A stretch of DNA of 64,000 nt from an uncultured bacterium (GCA_963980225.1 CAXBYW010000005.1:1235-65234); one strand, 5' to 3'; counted from the first letter of the stretch, positions 19,667 to 30,214 are shown. A program made the numbers and translations. The notes: a model not told the origin generated them from the letters alone.

Positions 19667-20824
19667 ATGTCTCCAAACGAACCACTAGCCTCAAAGATCC
19701 GCCCCAAAACACTAAAAGACTTTATCGGCCAAGACCATTTAGTTGGGGAAAACAAACCCCTACGCGTTGCTATCGGTAAAAAACATCTTTTCTCCATGAT
19801 TTTCTGGGGTCCACCAGGAGTTGGTAAAACCACTCTTGCTAAAATCTACGCCCGAAACTTAAATGCCGAGATTGTTGAGTTATCCGCTGTCTCTGCCAAG
19901 AAAGACGATATCCGTAAAGCCATCAAGCAGTCCCAAGGTGCTCTTCAACCTTTAGTTTTATTCTTAGATGAAATTCATCGTTTCAACAAAGCCCAGCAGG
20001 ACTTCCTCCTACCTTTTGTAGAAAACGGTCAACTAACTCTTATTGGTGCCACCACAGAGAACCCTAGTTTTGAAGTCATCTCACCTCTTCTATCTCGCTG
20101 CCGCGTTTTTATCTTAAACGAGCTATCAGAAAAAGAAATGGGCAAGATAATCACCCGCTGCGTCAAAGCCTTGCCGGTCAAGATTACTATAAACAAAAAA
20201 GCTAAGGACTGGTTATCAGCTATGGCTAATGGCGACGCCAGGCAAGCAATAACCATGATAGAGAACACATTTAATCTCTATCAGTCCCTCAAGATAGAGG
20301 ATCTAAAAAATACTCTTCAGTCTAAGCACCTGCGTTTCGACAAAAAAGGTGAAGAACACTACAACACTATCTCTGCTTTTATAAAATCCATGAGAGCCAG
20401 CCAACCAGATGCTGCCGTCTACTACTTGTCTCGCATGATCGACGCTGGCGAAGACCCCCTTTTTATTGCTCGTCGCATGGTCATCTTTGCTAGTGAAGAC
20501 ATCGGTCTAGCCCAACCCACTGCCTTGGTCGTAGCTAACGCCGTCTTCAAAGCCTGCCAGGTAATTGGTTACCCGGAGTGTGCCATTAATCTAGCCCACG
20601 GTGTCACTTATCTATCTAATGCCAAAAAAAGCCGCTCTTCCTATAACGCCTTACGTTCGGCCCAGAAAGATGTCAAAAGCCATGGCAACCTATCTGTTCC
20701 ATTAGAGATTAGAAACGCCCCCACCGAGTTAATGGAAAAAGCAGGTTATGGTAAAGGTTACGACCCTTATACCAAAAAATCTCTTCTCCCAGAAAAACTT
20801 GCCAACAAAAAATACTTAAAGTAA
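19667..20824 (+). CDS. rarA: replication-associated recombination protein A (AAA ATPase)
   Basis: Walker A GPPGVGKTT, DEIHRFNKAQQD, C-terminal MgsA helical domain. Confidence 0.8.
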   Translation: MSPNEPLASKIRPKTLKDFIGQDHLVGENKPLRVAIGKKHLFSMIFWGPPGVGKTTLAKIYARNLNAEIVELSAVSAKKDDIRKAIKQSQGALQPLVLFLDEIHRFNKAQQDFLLPFVENGQLTLIGATTENPSFEVISPLLSRCRVFILNELSEKEMGKIITRCVKALPVKITINKKAKDWLSAMANGDARQAITMIENTFNLYQSLKIEDLKNTLQSKHLRFDKKGEEHYNTISAFIKSMRASQPDAAVYYLSRMIDAGEDPLFIARRMVIFASEDIGLAQPTALVVANAVFKACQVIGYPECAINLAHGVTYLSNAKKSRSSYNALRSAQKDVKSHGNLSVPLEIRNAPTELMEKAGYGKGYDPYTKKSLLPEKLANKKYLK

Positions 20825-20863
20825 CTCTTGACAGGGCTCTCACATTTTTGATAACTTGCCAAC

Positions 20864-21076
20864 ATGGTTAAAGCAGAAGGGCCTAACGGTCATCATCATC
20901 CAGACTGTATTATTCGCGAAGACAACACAGTTGTTTCTTGGGATGAGGCAACAGAAGAAATGCAAAACGAATGGTTAGAACAAAATACCCAAGGGAAAAA
21001 GAAGAATGGTAATCCAGACAAGGGTAATGGTAAAGCTCAAAGAAAAAAGAAGCGACGATCTAACTCTCGATCTTAA
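20864..21076 (+). CDS. small Lys/Arg-rich hypothetical protein
   Basis: 70-aa ORF preceded by TTGACA-17-like promoter elements at ~20827-20860. Low complexity. Confidence 0.25.
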   Translation: MVKAEGPNGHHHPDCIIREDNTVVSWDEATEEMQNEWLEQNTQGKKKNGNPDKGNGKAQRKKKRRSNSRS

Positions 21077-21092
21077 TCAAGAATATATAAAA

Positions 21093-22073
21093 TTAGATTG
21101 ATGCATTGGGATATTTTTTAGCTACCTGTTCAGCTACCCAAGGGTAGTGAATCTTAATTCCTTGTTTAAGACTATATTTAGGTTTCCATCCAGTAGTGTA
21201 GATCTGCTTATTACTAAAATTCCTAGATATAACTCCCACCGCTCCTTTAACATGTTTAATTTTTAGTTTTTTACCAGAAACAGCAATGATCGTTTGGGCT
21301 AGTTCATCAACCGTTACATACTGAGCACTACCAATATTAGTGGGCTGATCAATGTTTGATTTCATTAAAGCCCTGATGCCAGCTAGTAAGTCATCGATAT
21401 ATGTAAATACTCTAACAGCTTTTCCATTTCCCCAGACTTCGACAGATCCACCTTCTTTTGCTAAAGCAACTTTTCGGCTGATAGCATCGGCAGCTTTTTC
21501 TCGACCACCTTCCCAGTTCGACTCGGGACCATAAGTGGTCTGAAATCTGGCTATCCTGACGGGCATACCATACTGTTTACCATACACCTGAAGCATTCGT
21601 TCAGAATATAATTTTTCCCAACCATACTCATTTTCTGGAAAAGCAGGGTAAACATCCTTTTCTTTTATAGAAGGATGTCCAATCTTCATATCTTTGTAAA
21701 CACAAACAGAAGAGGAGAAGAAAAATTTAGGTTTTTTCTTCAACTTAACTGCTTCAGAGATCATATAGACATTAATCAAAACATTGTTGTGCATCATGTC
21801 GCATGCTCCTGGCACCATATAACCGGCACCTCCTCTGTCAGCAGCTAGTTGATAGACCTCATCGAAGCCACCATATACTTTCAAAGCTTTGGTGCAGTTT
21901 TTTTTAATACGAAGATCAAGGATAGCAAATTCATCGGCAGCTGTCTTAGAATATTCTGGGCGTTTAATATCAACACCTCTAACCCAGCAACCTTCTTTCT
22001 TTAAAAGTTTAATTAAGTGGGAACCAACAAATCCTCCAGCACCAGTGACTAAAACTCTTTTCTTTTTAGACAT
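21093..22073 (-). CDS. NAD-dependent nucleotide-sugar epimerase/dehydratase (SDR family)
   Basis: Rossmann VLVTGAGGFVGSHL, catalytic YxxxK (YGWEK). Confidence 0.7.
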   Translation of the reverse strand: MSKKKRVLVTGAGGFVGSHLIKLLKKEGCWVRGVDIKRPEYSKTAADEFAILDLRIKKNCTKALKVYGGFDEVYQLAADRGGAGYMVPGACDMMHNNVLINVYMISEAVKLKKKPKFFFSSSVCVYKDMKIGHPSIKEKDVYPAFPENEYGWEKLYSERMLQVYGKQYGMPVRIARFQTTYGPESNWEGGREKAADAISRKVALAKEGGSVEVWGNGKAVRVFTYIDDLLAGIRALMKSNIDQPTNIGSAQYVTVDELAQTIIAVSGKKLKIKHVKGAVGVISRNFSNKQIYTTGWKPKYSLKQGIKIHYPWVAEQVAKKYPNASI

Positions 22074-22154
22074 AAACTGAAAATTAATTGACTAACAAAA
22101 TATCATTATAGTACAAGAGAAGGGGTATTGTTTTAAAAATTATTACAATAACTT

Positions 22155-22799
22155 TTAATCAAGAATCACCCACATATTTTTTTTACTCGCATCAAGTTCT
22201 ATCTTCACACTCTTCCATCCAGCCTCAGTTAAGACACTTTCCCAGTATTTTTTCCCTCCAGCAAAATAGAATCTTTTTAAACCGGTGTTAGTAAACGGAA
22301 TTTCTATCCATCTTATATTAGTAAGTTTTAATTTAAAGTTTTTAAGGTGTTCACTCCAAAACTTTTTCTGCCACAAGTTCCAAAAGGAGACATATATTTT
22401 CCCGTCCCTTTTAAGATGTTGCTTCATTTTCTTTAAAACATAGACTTGTTCTTTCCTATTTGGTAAATGGTGAATCACTGCGACCGCAAAAATCTTGTCA
22501 AACTCCCCTAAATTTTTCCAGGTGTTTTCTTTAGTGATATCTCCAGTAATAAATTTATACTTTTTCCCCTTATATCTTTCCTTTGCTATCTTGGTTAACT
22601 TTTCAGAAAAATCGATTCCTGTATAATCAACATTTACTCCGATACCTTGGAGTAATCTGCCCTCGCCGCAGCCAACATCTAACACTGAGTCTTTACTGGA
22701 AACTTCGCCACTCCACTTTTTCATCTCCGGCCACAAAGACCTTGGCCTAAGGTAATACTTACTAATATCGTTATATACTGTCTTCAAATTATTTATCAT
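22155..22799 (-). CDS. class I SAM-dependent methyltransferase
   Basis: Motif I VLDVGCGEGRL. Start set at MINNLK (cat 22797-22799), sharing CATG with the divergent Elp3 start. Confidence 0.6.
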   Translation of the reverse strand: MINNLKTVYNDISKYYLRPRSLWPEMKKWSGEVSSKDSVLDVGCGEGRLLQGIGVNVDYTGIDFSEKLTKIAKERYKGKKYKFITGDITKENTWKNLGEFDKIFAVAVIHHLPNRKEQVYVLKKMKQHLKRDGKIYVSFWNLWQKKFWSEHLKNFKLKLTNIRWIEIPFTNTGLKRFYFAGGKKYWESVLTEAGWKSVKIELDASKKNMWVILD

Positions 22800-24345
22800 G
22801 AAAAGCCTAAAAAATATAATACAAAGGGATTTTACTAAACTTGGCGGACAAAGTTTGGGAAGACTTAAACGTATCTGGGCTAAAGAGATCGGCTTTATTC
22901 CTAAAAACTCCCAAGTTCTCAAGGCTTACAACCAGTTAATAAAGAGTAAAAAAATAAGACCTCTCCTTGATCTAGGTTCATTTTTAACTACTAGAAAGAC
23001 AAGAACTCAGTCTGGGGTAGCTCCTATGGCCGTCATGACTATGCCCTTTGCCTGTCCAGGTAGATGCATCTTCTGTCCCTTAGAAAAAGGTATGCCTAAA
23101 AGCTATTTATCCGATGAGCCGGCTGCTCAAAGAGCCAAGAAAGTAAACTTTGACCCCAAACTACAGATAAAATCCCGTCTTAAACAACTGGCTGCTACGG
23201 GACACACCACAGACAAAATAGAGATCATTGTGATTGGTGGAACTTTTTCAGCTTATCCTAAAGAATATAAAATCAAGTTTTTCCAAAGTATCTTTGAAGC
23301 GCTAAATGGTAAAAAATCTAAGTCCTTGGAAGAAGCTCAGTTTGTAAATGAAACAGCCAAACACAGAGCTGTCGGCATCAGTATAGAAACCAGACCAGAC
23401 TGGGTTACCAAAGACGAAATAAAACTCCTAAGAAGACTCGGGGTAACCAAACTTCAGCTAGGTGTTCAAGCTCTAGATGAGAAAATATTAAAGAAAATCA
23501 AAAGAGGTCACTCTCTAGAGCCAGTCGCCACTTCTACTAGACTACTAAAAAACTCAGGTTTTAAGATCTGCTATCATTTTATGCCCAATTTACCTGGCTC
23601 CACCCCCAAAAAAGATATTAGTATGGCTGCAATGATGTTTGAAGATAAGCGTTTCAAACCAGACTACCTAAAAATATATCCAGTTCAGGTCATTCCCACT
23701 ACTGAGTTACACACACTTTTTAAGGCTGGTAAATTCAAAACTTACACAGACAAGTCTCTAAAGAATGTCCTAAAAAGCATCAAAGAAATTACTCCACCAT
23801 GGGTAAGGATAGATAGGTTAGTTAGAGATATTTCCAGGCAATGGGTGAGTTCTGGAACTTTAAAAACAAATATTCGTCAGATTATCCAACAAGAATTAAA
23901 AGAAGAAGGAAAAACCTGTCAGTGTATTCGTTGCCGAGAGATTAAAGACGGTCTCCATAGTCAGTCTCCTAAACTAAAGGAAATAATAATCGATACATTA
24001 GGCGCCAAAGAACATTTTTTAAGCTTTGAGGATAAGGGAAATCTATATTCTCTACTTCGTTTGAGACTACCAGACAAAGACCAGCAAGTTCTTTTCCCAG
24101 AACTTGAAGGTGCTGCCATTATCCGTGAAGTTCACACCTTTGGTTCTGCATTAGCTTTAAAAGAACGCCAGTCGGCAGAGGCTCAACATAAAGGTTTGGG
24201 TAAAAAATTAGTCAGTAAGGCAGAGAAAATTTCTAAAGAAAAGGGTTTTAAAAAACTTGCCGTTATCTCTGCTGTTGGAACAAAAAAATACTACTCAAAA
24301 CTTGGGTTCAAAAAAGACGGTCTGTATATGACTAAAGATATATAA
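22798..24345 (+). CDS. Elp3-like radical-SAM + GNAT tRNA-modification enzyme homolog
   Basis: Radical SAM CPGRCIFC (Cx3Cx2C), ~515 aa, C-terminal GNAT-like block (HKGLGKKLVSKAEK...KLGFKKDG). Confidence 0.65.
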   Translation: MKSLKNIIQRDFTKLGGQSLGRLKRIWAKEIGFIPKNSQVLKAYNQLIKSKKIRPLLDLGSFLTTRKTRTQSGVAPMAVMTMPFACPGRCIFCPLEKGMPKSYLSDEPAAQRAKKVNFDPKLQIKSRLKQLAATGHTTDKIEIIVIGGTFSAYPKEYKIKFFQSIFEALNGKKSKSLEEAQFVNETAKHRAVGISIETRPDWVTKDEIKLLRRLGVTKLQLGVQALDEKILKKIKRGHSLEPVATSTRLLKNSGFKICYHFMPNLPGSTPKKDISMAAMMFEDKRFKPDYLKIYPVQVIPTTELHTLFKAGKFKTYTDKSLKNVLKSIKEITPPWVRIDRLVRDISRQWVSSGTLKTNIRQIIQQELKEEGKTCQCIRCREIKDGLHSQSPKLKEIIIDTLGAKEHFLSFEDKGNLYSLLRLRLPDKDQQVLFPELEGAAIIREVHTFGSALALKERQSAEAQHKGLGKKLVSKAEKISKEKGFKKLAVISAVGTKKYYSKLGFKKDGLYMTKDI

Positions 24346-24353
24346 TTTAAATT

Positions 24354-24893
24354 ATGAAAAGAACAAATCTACCAGTGAGAGAAATTATATTTGGCCTAGA
24401 AGACGGAATAGTTTCAACTTTAGGGGTGTTAGTTGGTATAGCTACAGGTACAAACAATAAGTCTCTTGTCATTTTGTCAGGCTTGGTTGTCATCTTCGTA
24501 GAGAGCCTTTCAATGGCCGCTGGTACCTATTTATCAAACAAGTCCCAGCAAGAGATTCACTTAGCTGAAGATAAAAAATTTCCACTCAAATCTTTGTTCC
24601 ACAGACACAAACCAGGCCTGCCAGTAAAAGAATCAGCTTTTATGGGGGTATCATATATTTTAGGAGGCTTAGTTGCACTTACTAGTTTCTTAATTCTCCC
24701 AGTGGGTATCGGGGTGATATCAGCTGTTCTAACTTCATTTGTCTTTCTATTTACCATTGGTTTTGTAAAAGGCAATCTAGCTCAGATCAGCTCTGTAAAA
24801 TCAGGCCTAGAGATGGTCCTAGTTTCTGCTTCGGCATCCTTTATTGGTTACATAGTGGGTAAGCTTGCCTCCACTTTATTAACCACGCTATAA
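24354..24893 (+). CDS. VIT1/CCC1-family membrane protein (short)
   Basis: N-terminal EIIFGLEDGIVSTLGVLVGIA pattern and multiple TM helices. Confidence 0.45.
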   Translation: MKRTNLPVREIIFGLEDGIVSTLGVLVGIATGTNNKSLVILSGLVVIFVESLSMAAGTYLSNKSQQEIHLAEDKKFPLKSLFHRHKPGLPVKESAFMGVSYILGGLVALTSFLILPVGIGVISAVLTSFVFLFTIGFVKGNLAQISSVKSGLEMVLVSASASFIGYIVGKLASTLLTTL

Positions 24894-24897
24894 AATA

Positions 24898-25347
24898 ATG
24901 ATTGCTGTAATCCAAAGAGTCTCAAATGCCAAAGTAAAATCACTAGAAACAGACAAAGAAAGCAAAATTGGTTCAGGTATGTGTATTCTTTTAGGTGTTG
25001 CCCAAGATGATCAAAAAGAAGATTTAGCAAAAATTGTAAAAAAGATTACCAACATTAGAATCTTTAAAGATAAAGACAATAAGATGAACTTAAGTCCTCA
25101 AGAAGCAAAAGCAGAGGTATTACTCATCTCTCAGTTCACTCTACTAGCCAACTCAAAAAAAGGTAACCGACCTAGTTTCATCAAAGCCGCCAAGCAAGAA
25201 AAAGCAGAGTCAATGTATAAAGAGGTGATAGAGACTTTAAAAGAAAATGGTTTGGTAGTAAAGACAGGTTTTTTTGGCCACTACATGGAAATCGACCTAA
25301 AACTAGACGGTCCAGTTACAATAAGCTTAGATTCAAACAAACTATGA
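24898..25347 (+). CDS. dtd: D-aminoacyl-tRNA deacylase
   Basis: MIAVIQRVS start, SQFTL motif, 149 aa. Confidence 0.8.
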   Translation: MIAVIQRVSNAKVKSLETDKESKIGSGMCILLGVAQDDQKEDLAKIVKKITNIRIFKDKDNKMNLSPQEAKAEVLLISQFTLLANSKKGNRPSFIKAAKQEKAESMYKEVIETLKENGLVVKTGFFGHYMEIDLKLDGPVTISLDSNKL

Positions 25348-25802
25348 AAAATTTCATCAAAAAATTAATTCTCTGTCTTGGTCTCACATCAATCTTTCTA
25401 CTCCTCATTCTTTTTAATCTAAAAAAAGCACAAAGAGATATTGCCCAGTCAACACAACCCTTATACAAAATATCTTTGATCAACCCCACTTTGAATGCAT
25501 CTGCTGACGAACCAATAGAGTTTTCTTGGGACATACAGGCCCCAGACACCGCTATTTCTCCCAGTACCACAATATACTATGGCCACGTGAGTTCTCCCAG
25601 TGCTTTAACCACAAATGACTCACCTCAAGCAGTCGGTTACCCTTACAAACTAACAGATTATTTAAATGGTAGTTTTTTTCTACCAGACACGTTCTCCACT
25701 AGCGTAAACTTATTACCAGGTACTATTTTTTACAGAGCCTACGCCAGGGTCGGTAATCAACACTTATGGTCAAGTGAAACCAAACTGGTAATCCATAAAT
25801 AG
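25344..25802 (+). CDS. hypothetical secreted/membrane-anchored protein
   Basis: N-terminal hydrophobic segment. No domain recognised. Confidence 0.35.
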   Translation: MKNFIKKLILCLGLTSIFLLLILFNLKKAQRDIAQSTQPLYKISLINPTLNASADEPIEFSWDIQAPDTAISPSTTIYYGHVSSPSALTTNDSPQAVGYPYKLTDYLNGSFFLPDTFSTSVNLLPGTIFYRAYARVGNQHLWSSETKLVIHK

Positions 25803-25940
25803 CAAATAACTATGTCTAAAAAAAAGTTCTCATTTTTTCTTTTCTTTTTGATCCTGCTTCTTACTATTTTAGTCACGATTTTACTTGGTGTCAGAGCCGT
25901 CAGATTAGCAAACTAGCCCTTGATCTGCTAAAATACTTTC

Positions 25941-28310
25941 ATGTTAGATTCGAAAGGTAAAACAATCAGAAACCCAGTTAACCTGGTGCCTCTAATTACT
26001 CTGAAAGAAGGGGTTATCTATCCTCAAACCGAAGCCATATTAGCTTTTGGTCGCGAAACCTCAATTATCGGCATCAAAATGGCTGTGGAGAATAGGAGTC
26101 TAGTTTGTTTTGTGTCCCAAAAAACAAAAATTAAAGAAAATCCTCAAGTTACTGACTTGTATCAAATAGGTACAGTTGCTGAGATCATCAAAACCTTACC
26201 TGTAAACAAAGAGCTCCATGCTCTAGTCAGAGGTCTATATAAAGTAAAAATTAACACCATTGAAAAAAGAGATGGATCTCTAATAGCCAGCGTCACCAAG
26301 ATTCCTGATCAATATGTGGAAAGAAAAGAGTTGATTGCTTTAACCAACCACGTAATTAATCAAACTAAAGAAGTCCTTAATCTCGGTAAAGGAAACATAG
26401 ATCCCGCCGCTTTTATAAAAATAATCAACACGTCAAATCCAATCAGTATCTCTTACCAGGTCGCCTCAACTCTTACTTTAAAAAATGATCAAAGACAAAA
26501 ACTTTTAGAAGAGAACAATTTAGAGAAGCGCTTAATGCAGATAGGTGAGTACCTAGGACAAGAGATAAAGATTCTTCAGATAGAACAAAAGATTGCCAGT
26601 AAAACTCAAAAGAAATTTGATAAAAACATGCGAGAAAATGTCTTAAGAGAGAGAATGCGCACCATTCAAAAAGAGTTAGGTACAGGTAAAGAAGATAACG
26701 ACATAAAAGAACTAAAAGATAAAATCAAACAAGCTAAGCTCCCAGAAGACATAAATGAAAAAACACTCAAAGAGCTTGGACGTCTAGAAAAAATCTCCAT
26801 TCATAGTCCAGAATCTAGTTACATAAGAACCTGGATAGAGACAGTTACTGAGTTACCTTGGAACAAATTAAGCAATGGTACTTATTCAATCGAAAAAGCA
26901 GAAAAAATATTAAACAGGGACCACTACGGCCTAGAAAAAGTCAAAGAAAGAATTCTAGAGTACATTGCGGTTTTAAAATTAAGAAGCAAAAAACAAAAAA
27001 AGAAAACTAAGAGTGAAAGCTCCTTGCCTACGATTCTTTGTTTCGTGGGACCACCTGGTGTAGGTAAGACATCTGTTGGTAGATCCATAGCCAAAGCCGT
27101 GAATAGAAAGTTCGTCAAGATGGCTTTAGGTGGAGTCAGAGATGAAGCAGAAATAAGAGGTCACAGACGCACTTACGTTGGTGCTATCCCCGGTAGAATA
27201 ATCCAGTCAATTAAAGAATCCGGCAGTAGCAACCCAGTATTCATGCTAGATGAGCTAGATAAAATAGGTAAAGACTTTAGGGGAGATCCAGCATCAGCTC
27301 TTTTAGAGGCTTTAGATCCAGAACAAAACTACGCCTTTAGAGACCATTACTTGGACATTCCCTTCGATCTATCCAAAGTTCTCTTCATAACCACCGCCAA
27401 CGTCCTCGACACCATTCCTCCAGCTCTAAAAGACAGGTTAGAAGTTATCCAGTTCACTGGCTACACAGAAGATGAAAAATACAACATAGGTAAAAAATAC
27501 TTAGTTCCTAAACAGTTAGAAAATCATGCTCTAAAAAAGAAGGATATAAAAATTCCTGCAGATACTTTAAGAACAATCATCAGCCAGTACACCAGAGAAG
27601 CAGGAGTCAGAAACCTAGAAAGAGAGATAGCTGCCGTTTTAAGAAAAACAGCCAAAATTAAGGTTAGTAAAAAGTCTTTCCACCCCATCACATTGACCAA
27701 GCAAAAACTAACAACTTTCTTGGGTCCAAGAAAATACAACTACACCTTAAAAGAAAAAGATCTCCAGCCGGGAATTGTCACTGGACTTGCATACACTCAA
27801 ACAGGTGGAGATATTCTTTTGATAGAAGTTGCCATTATGCCAGGTAAAGGTAGGATTAAATTAACAGGGCAGTTAGGTGATGTTATGAAAGAATCAGCTC
27901 AAGCTGCGTACTCATACGTTAGATCTCATCAAAAACAACTAGGAATCACCCAGAAAATGATCTCTACTTCAGATATCCATATCCACGTTCCAGAAGGAGC
28001 TGTTCCTAAAGATGGGCCTTCTGCTGGATTAGCGATAACCACCGCCATTATATCTGTTTTCTGTAACGAACCAGTCAAAAAAGATCTTGCCATGACTGGT
28101 GAGGTGACCTTAAGAGGTAGGGCCTTAGAGATTGGTGGGGTAAAAGAAAAAGTCATCGCCGCTCATCGAAGTGGAGTAAAAGAAATTATCCTACCAAAAC
28201 AAAACGAGAGAAACTTAATAGACGTTCCAGACAAAGTTAAAAAAGATCTTAAGTTCCACTACGTCACATCTATGGATGAAGTGGTTAAGATTGTTTTTTC
28301 CTCAAAATAA
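25941..28310 (+). CDS. lon: ATP-dependent Lon protease
   Basis: Lon N-domain, AAA+ Walker A GPPGVGKTS, protease Ser-Lys dyad region PKDGPSAGLAITTAI. Confidence 0.9.
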   Translation: MLDSKGKTIRNPVNLVPLITLKEGVIYPQTEAILAFGRETSIIGIKMAVENRSLVCFVSQKTKIKENPQVTDLYQIGTVAEIIKTLPVNKELHALVRGLYKVKINTIEKRDGSLIASVTKIPDQYVERKELIALTNHVINQTKEVLNLGKGNIDPAAFIKIINTSNPISISYQVASTLTLKNDQRQKLLEENNLEKRLMQIGEYLGQEIKILQIEQKIASKTQKKFDKNMRENVLRERMRTIQKELGTGKEDNDIKELKDKIKQAKLPEDINEKTLKELGRLEKISIHSPESSYIRTWIETVTELPWNKLSNGTYSIEKAEKILNRDHYGLEKVKERILEYIAVLKLRSKKQKKKTKSESSLPTILCFVGPPGVGKTSVGRSIAKAVNRKFVKMALGGVRDEAEIRGHRRTYVGAIPGRIIQSIKESGSSNPVFMLDELDKIGKDFRGDPASALLEALDPEQNYAFRDHYLDIPFDLSKVLFITTANVLDTIPPALKDRLEVIQFTGYTEDEKYNIGKKYLVPKQLENHALKKKDIKIPADTLRTIISQYTREAGVRNLEREIAAVLRKTAKIKVSKKSFHPITLTKQKLTTFLGPRKYNYTLKEKDLQPGIVTGLAYTQTGGDILLIEVAIMPGKGRIKLTGQLGDVMKESAQAAYSYVRSHQKQLGITQKMISTSDIHIHVPEGAVPKDGPSAGLAITTAIISVFCNEPVKKDLAMTGEVTLRGRALEIGGVKEKVIAAHRSGVKEIILPKQNERNLIDVPDKVKKDLKFHYVTSMDEVVKIVFSSK

Positions 28311-28962
28311 AAAGACCAGATATCAAAGAGAGACCTCCGGCAATTACAGCGACTGGTATACCTTGCCATTTCCAAATGATATTGTCTGGCCTAAAGTTTT
28401 CTAAAAAGACTCTAATCGCTCCATATCCAATCAAATAAGTACCAGTAATCCTGCCAGTTACCTTTTTTTGTTTTCCTACTCTCCACAAAATCACAAACAA
28501 AGTCAAGTTGAGTATCGACTCCCAAATAAACAATGGCTCTCCATTTTTCCCATAAAGCTCACCATTTGCCCAGTTGCCCAGTCGACCTATCGCTTGTGCT
28601 AACGGCATTCCAATCAACATCACATCCAATATGGCAAAACCTCTATTTTTTGTCTTCAAATTAAAAAATATTAGTCCCATCAAGCCCCCAAGTATTGCCC
28701 CCCAAATTCCCAATCCACCTTGCCAAACATAGAGAGCTCTAATAGGATTTAGTGAATATACTTCTCCCCATAAATGCACCACATGATATATTCTTGCTCC
28801 GACAACTCCACCAACTAAAGCCCACCAAAAAGCTTTCTCTACTTTCTCTTGTTCAACTCCTCTTTCTTTTGCAAATCTAAGCGACACTTGTAAAGCGCTT
28901 AGTATAGCCACTCCAAGAATCAGTCCATATAAGTGAAAATCAAAACCACCAAGACTAATCAT
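28285..28962 (-). CDS. lgt: prolipoprotein diacylglyceryl transferase
   Basis: Multi-TM. Lgt signature AQAIGRLGNWANGELYGK. Convergent 26-nt overlap with lon. Confidence 0.75.
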   Translation of the reverse strand: MISLGGFDFHLYGLILGVAILSALQVSLRFAKERGVEQEKVEKAFWWALVGGVVGARIYHVVHLWGEVYSLNPIRALYVWQGGLGIWGAILGGLMGLIFFNLKTKNRGFAILDVMLIGMPLAQAIGRLGNWANGELYGKNGEPLFIWESILNLTLFVILWRVGKQKKVTGRITGTYLIGYGAIRVFLENFRPDNIIWKWQGIPVAVIAGGLSLISGLFILRKKQS

Positions 28963-30190
28963 TTAACAATTTCACCAACTCATCCACGGTTACAACTTTT
29001 GTTTCATCTTCATCTCTTCTTTTTATCTCCACCCCACCTTCATCTAAACTTCTTTTACTTACTACCACTCTTAGTGGGCAACCGATAAGGTCTGCATCGG
29101 CAAATTTTCTTCCAGCAGACACACCTCGATCATCCCAGAGGACTTCATTGGTTTCAGAAAGCTGTTTATATAATTTCTCACCCATCTCACCCATGTCTTC
29201 TCCTAAGCTGATTAACTGAACTCCAAATGGAGCAACTGACTTAGGCCATAAAATCCCTTTGTCATCATTGCATTTTTCAACCAACACTCCCATGGTTCGG
29301 CTTATTCCAATTCCATAACAGCCCATGACTGGAGATTTTCTTTTTCCATCTTCACCGGTGTACTGTAAGTCAAAATCTTTTGCATACTTAAGACCCAAGT
29401 CAAACACATTTCCAACTTCTGCTGCTCTTGCTTCCAAAAGTTTTTCACTCTTACAGCTACTGCAGGTTTCACCAACCTTAACCTTAGCAATCTCGCTATT
29501 TATACAAAATTCGCAACTAGGGCAGTACAAAATGTCATCCTCACCAGCATCCGTTATAACCATAAACTCGTAAGAAATCTTCTCTGTGAAACTACCACCA
29601 GAAGCCTCAGTTACCTTAGCTACTAATCCTAGTCGCTTGTACACCTTTATGTAGGCCTGTCTGACTTTCTTGTAGTAATCCTCAAAGTCTTCTTCTGTTT
29701 CATGCCAAGAATACATATCCTTCATCAAGAACTCTCTGCCCCTTAGAATACCGGACCTAGACCTTAACTCATCTCTAAACTTCCACTGTATATGGTAAAC
29801 ACTAGCTGGTAGATCACGATATGACTGGATAAACTCTTTCATTAAAGGAGTTACTACTTCTTCTTGGCTCTGTCCTAAGGCATAGTCTTTTTCTGTTCTA
29901 CTTTTTACTTTAAATAAGACATCAATGCCATCCCAACCACCGGTCTTCTTCCAGTTTTCTGCTGGGTGAAGCATAGGCATCAACACTTCTTGCCCACCTA
30001 TTTTATCCATCTCCTCACGCACTATCTGACTTATCTTGTTTAAAACTTTTAACCCTAAAGGTAGGTAAGTGTAAGCTCCTGCCATTAACTGACGCACAAA
30101 ACCAGCCTGCACCAACAGTCTATGGTTAGTGGTATCTGCATCTTTTGGAGCGTCTTTTAGAGGCTCAACTATCGTCTTACTCATCTTCAT
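28955..30190 (-). CDS. proS: prolyl-tRNA synthetase (short, no editing domain)
   Basis: N-terminus HRLLVQAGFVRQLMAGAYTYLPLGLKVLNKI, class II motifs, C-terminal anticodon-binding fold. Confidence 0.8.
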   Translation of the reverse strand: MKMSKTIVEPLKDAPKDADTTNHRLLVQAGFVRQLMAGAYTYLPLGLKVLNKISQIVREEMDKIGGQEVLMPMLHPAENWKKTGGWDGIDVLFKVKSRTEKDYALGQSQEEVVTPLMKEFIQSYRDLPASVYHIQWKFRDELRSRSGILRGREFLMKDMYSWHETEEDFEDYYKKVRQAYIKVYKRLGLVAKVTEASGGSFTEKISYEFMVITDAGEDDILYCPSCEFCINSEIAKVKVGETCSSCKSEKLLEARAAEVGNVFDLGLKYAKDFDLQYTGEDGKRKSPVMGCYGIGISRTMGVLVEKCNDDKGILWPKSVAPFGVQLISLGEDMGEMGEKLYKQLSETNEVLWDDRGVSAGRKFADADLIGCPLRVVVSKRSLDEGGVEIKRRDEDETKVVTVDELVKLLND

Positions 30191-30214
30191 ACCTTGTTAT
30201 TATACAATGTCTAT

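Noticed and set aside
25812-25916. 34-aa hydrophobic mini-ORF (MSKKKFSFFLFFLILLLTILVTILLGVRAVRLAN) upstream of lon
   Set aside because: It has a start but no convincing RBS or terminator and sits in the lon promoter region. It may be a leader peptide or coincidence, and the evidence is too weak to call it a gene.
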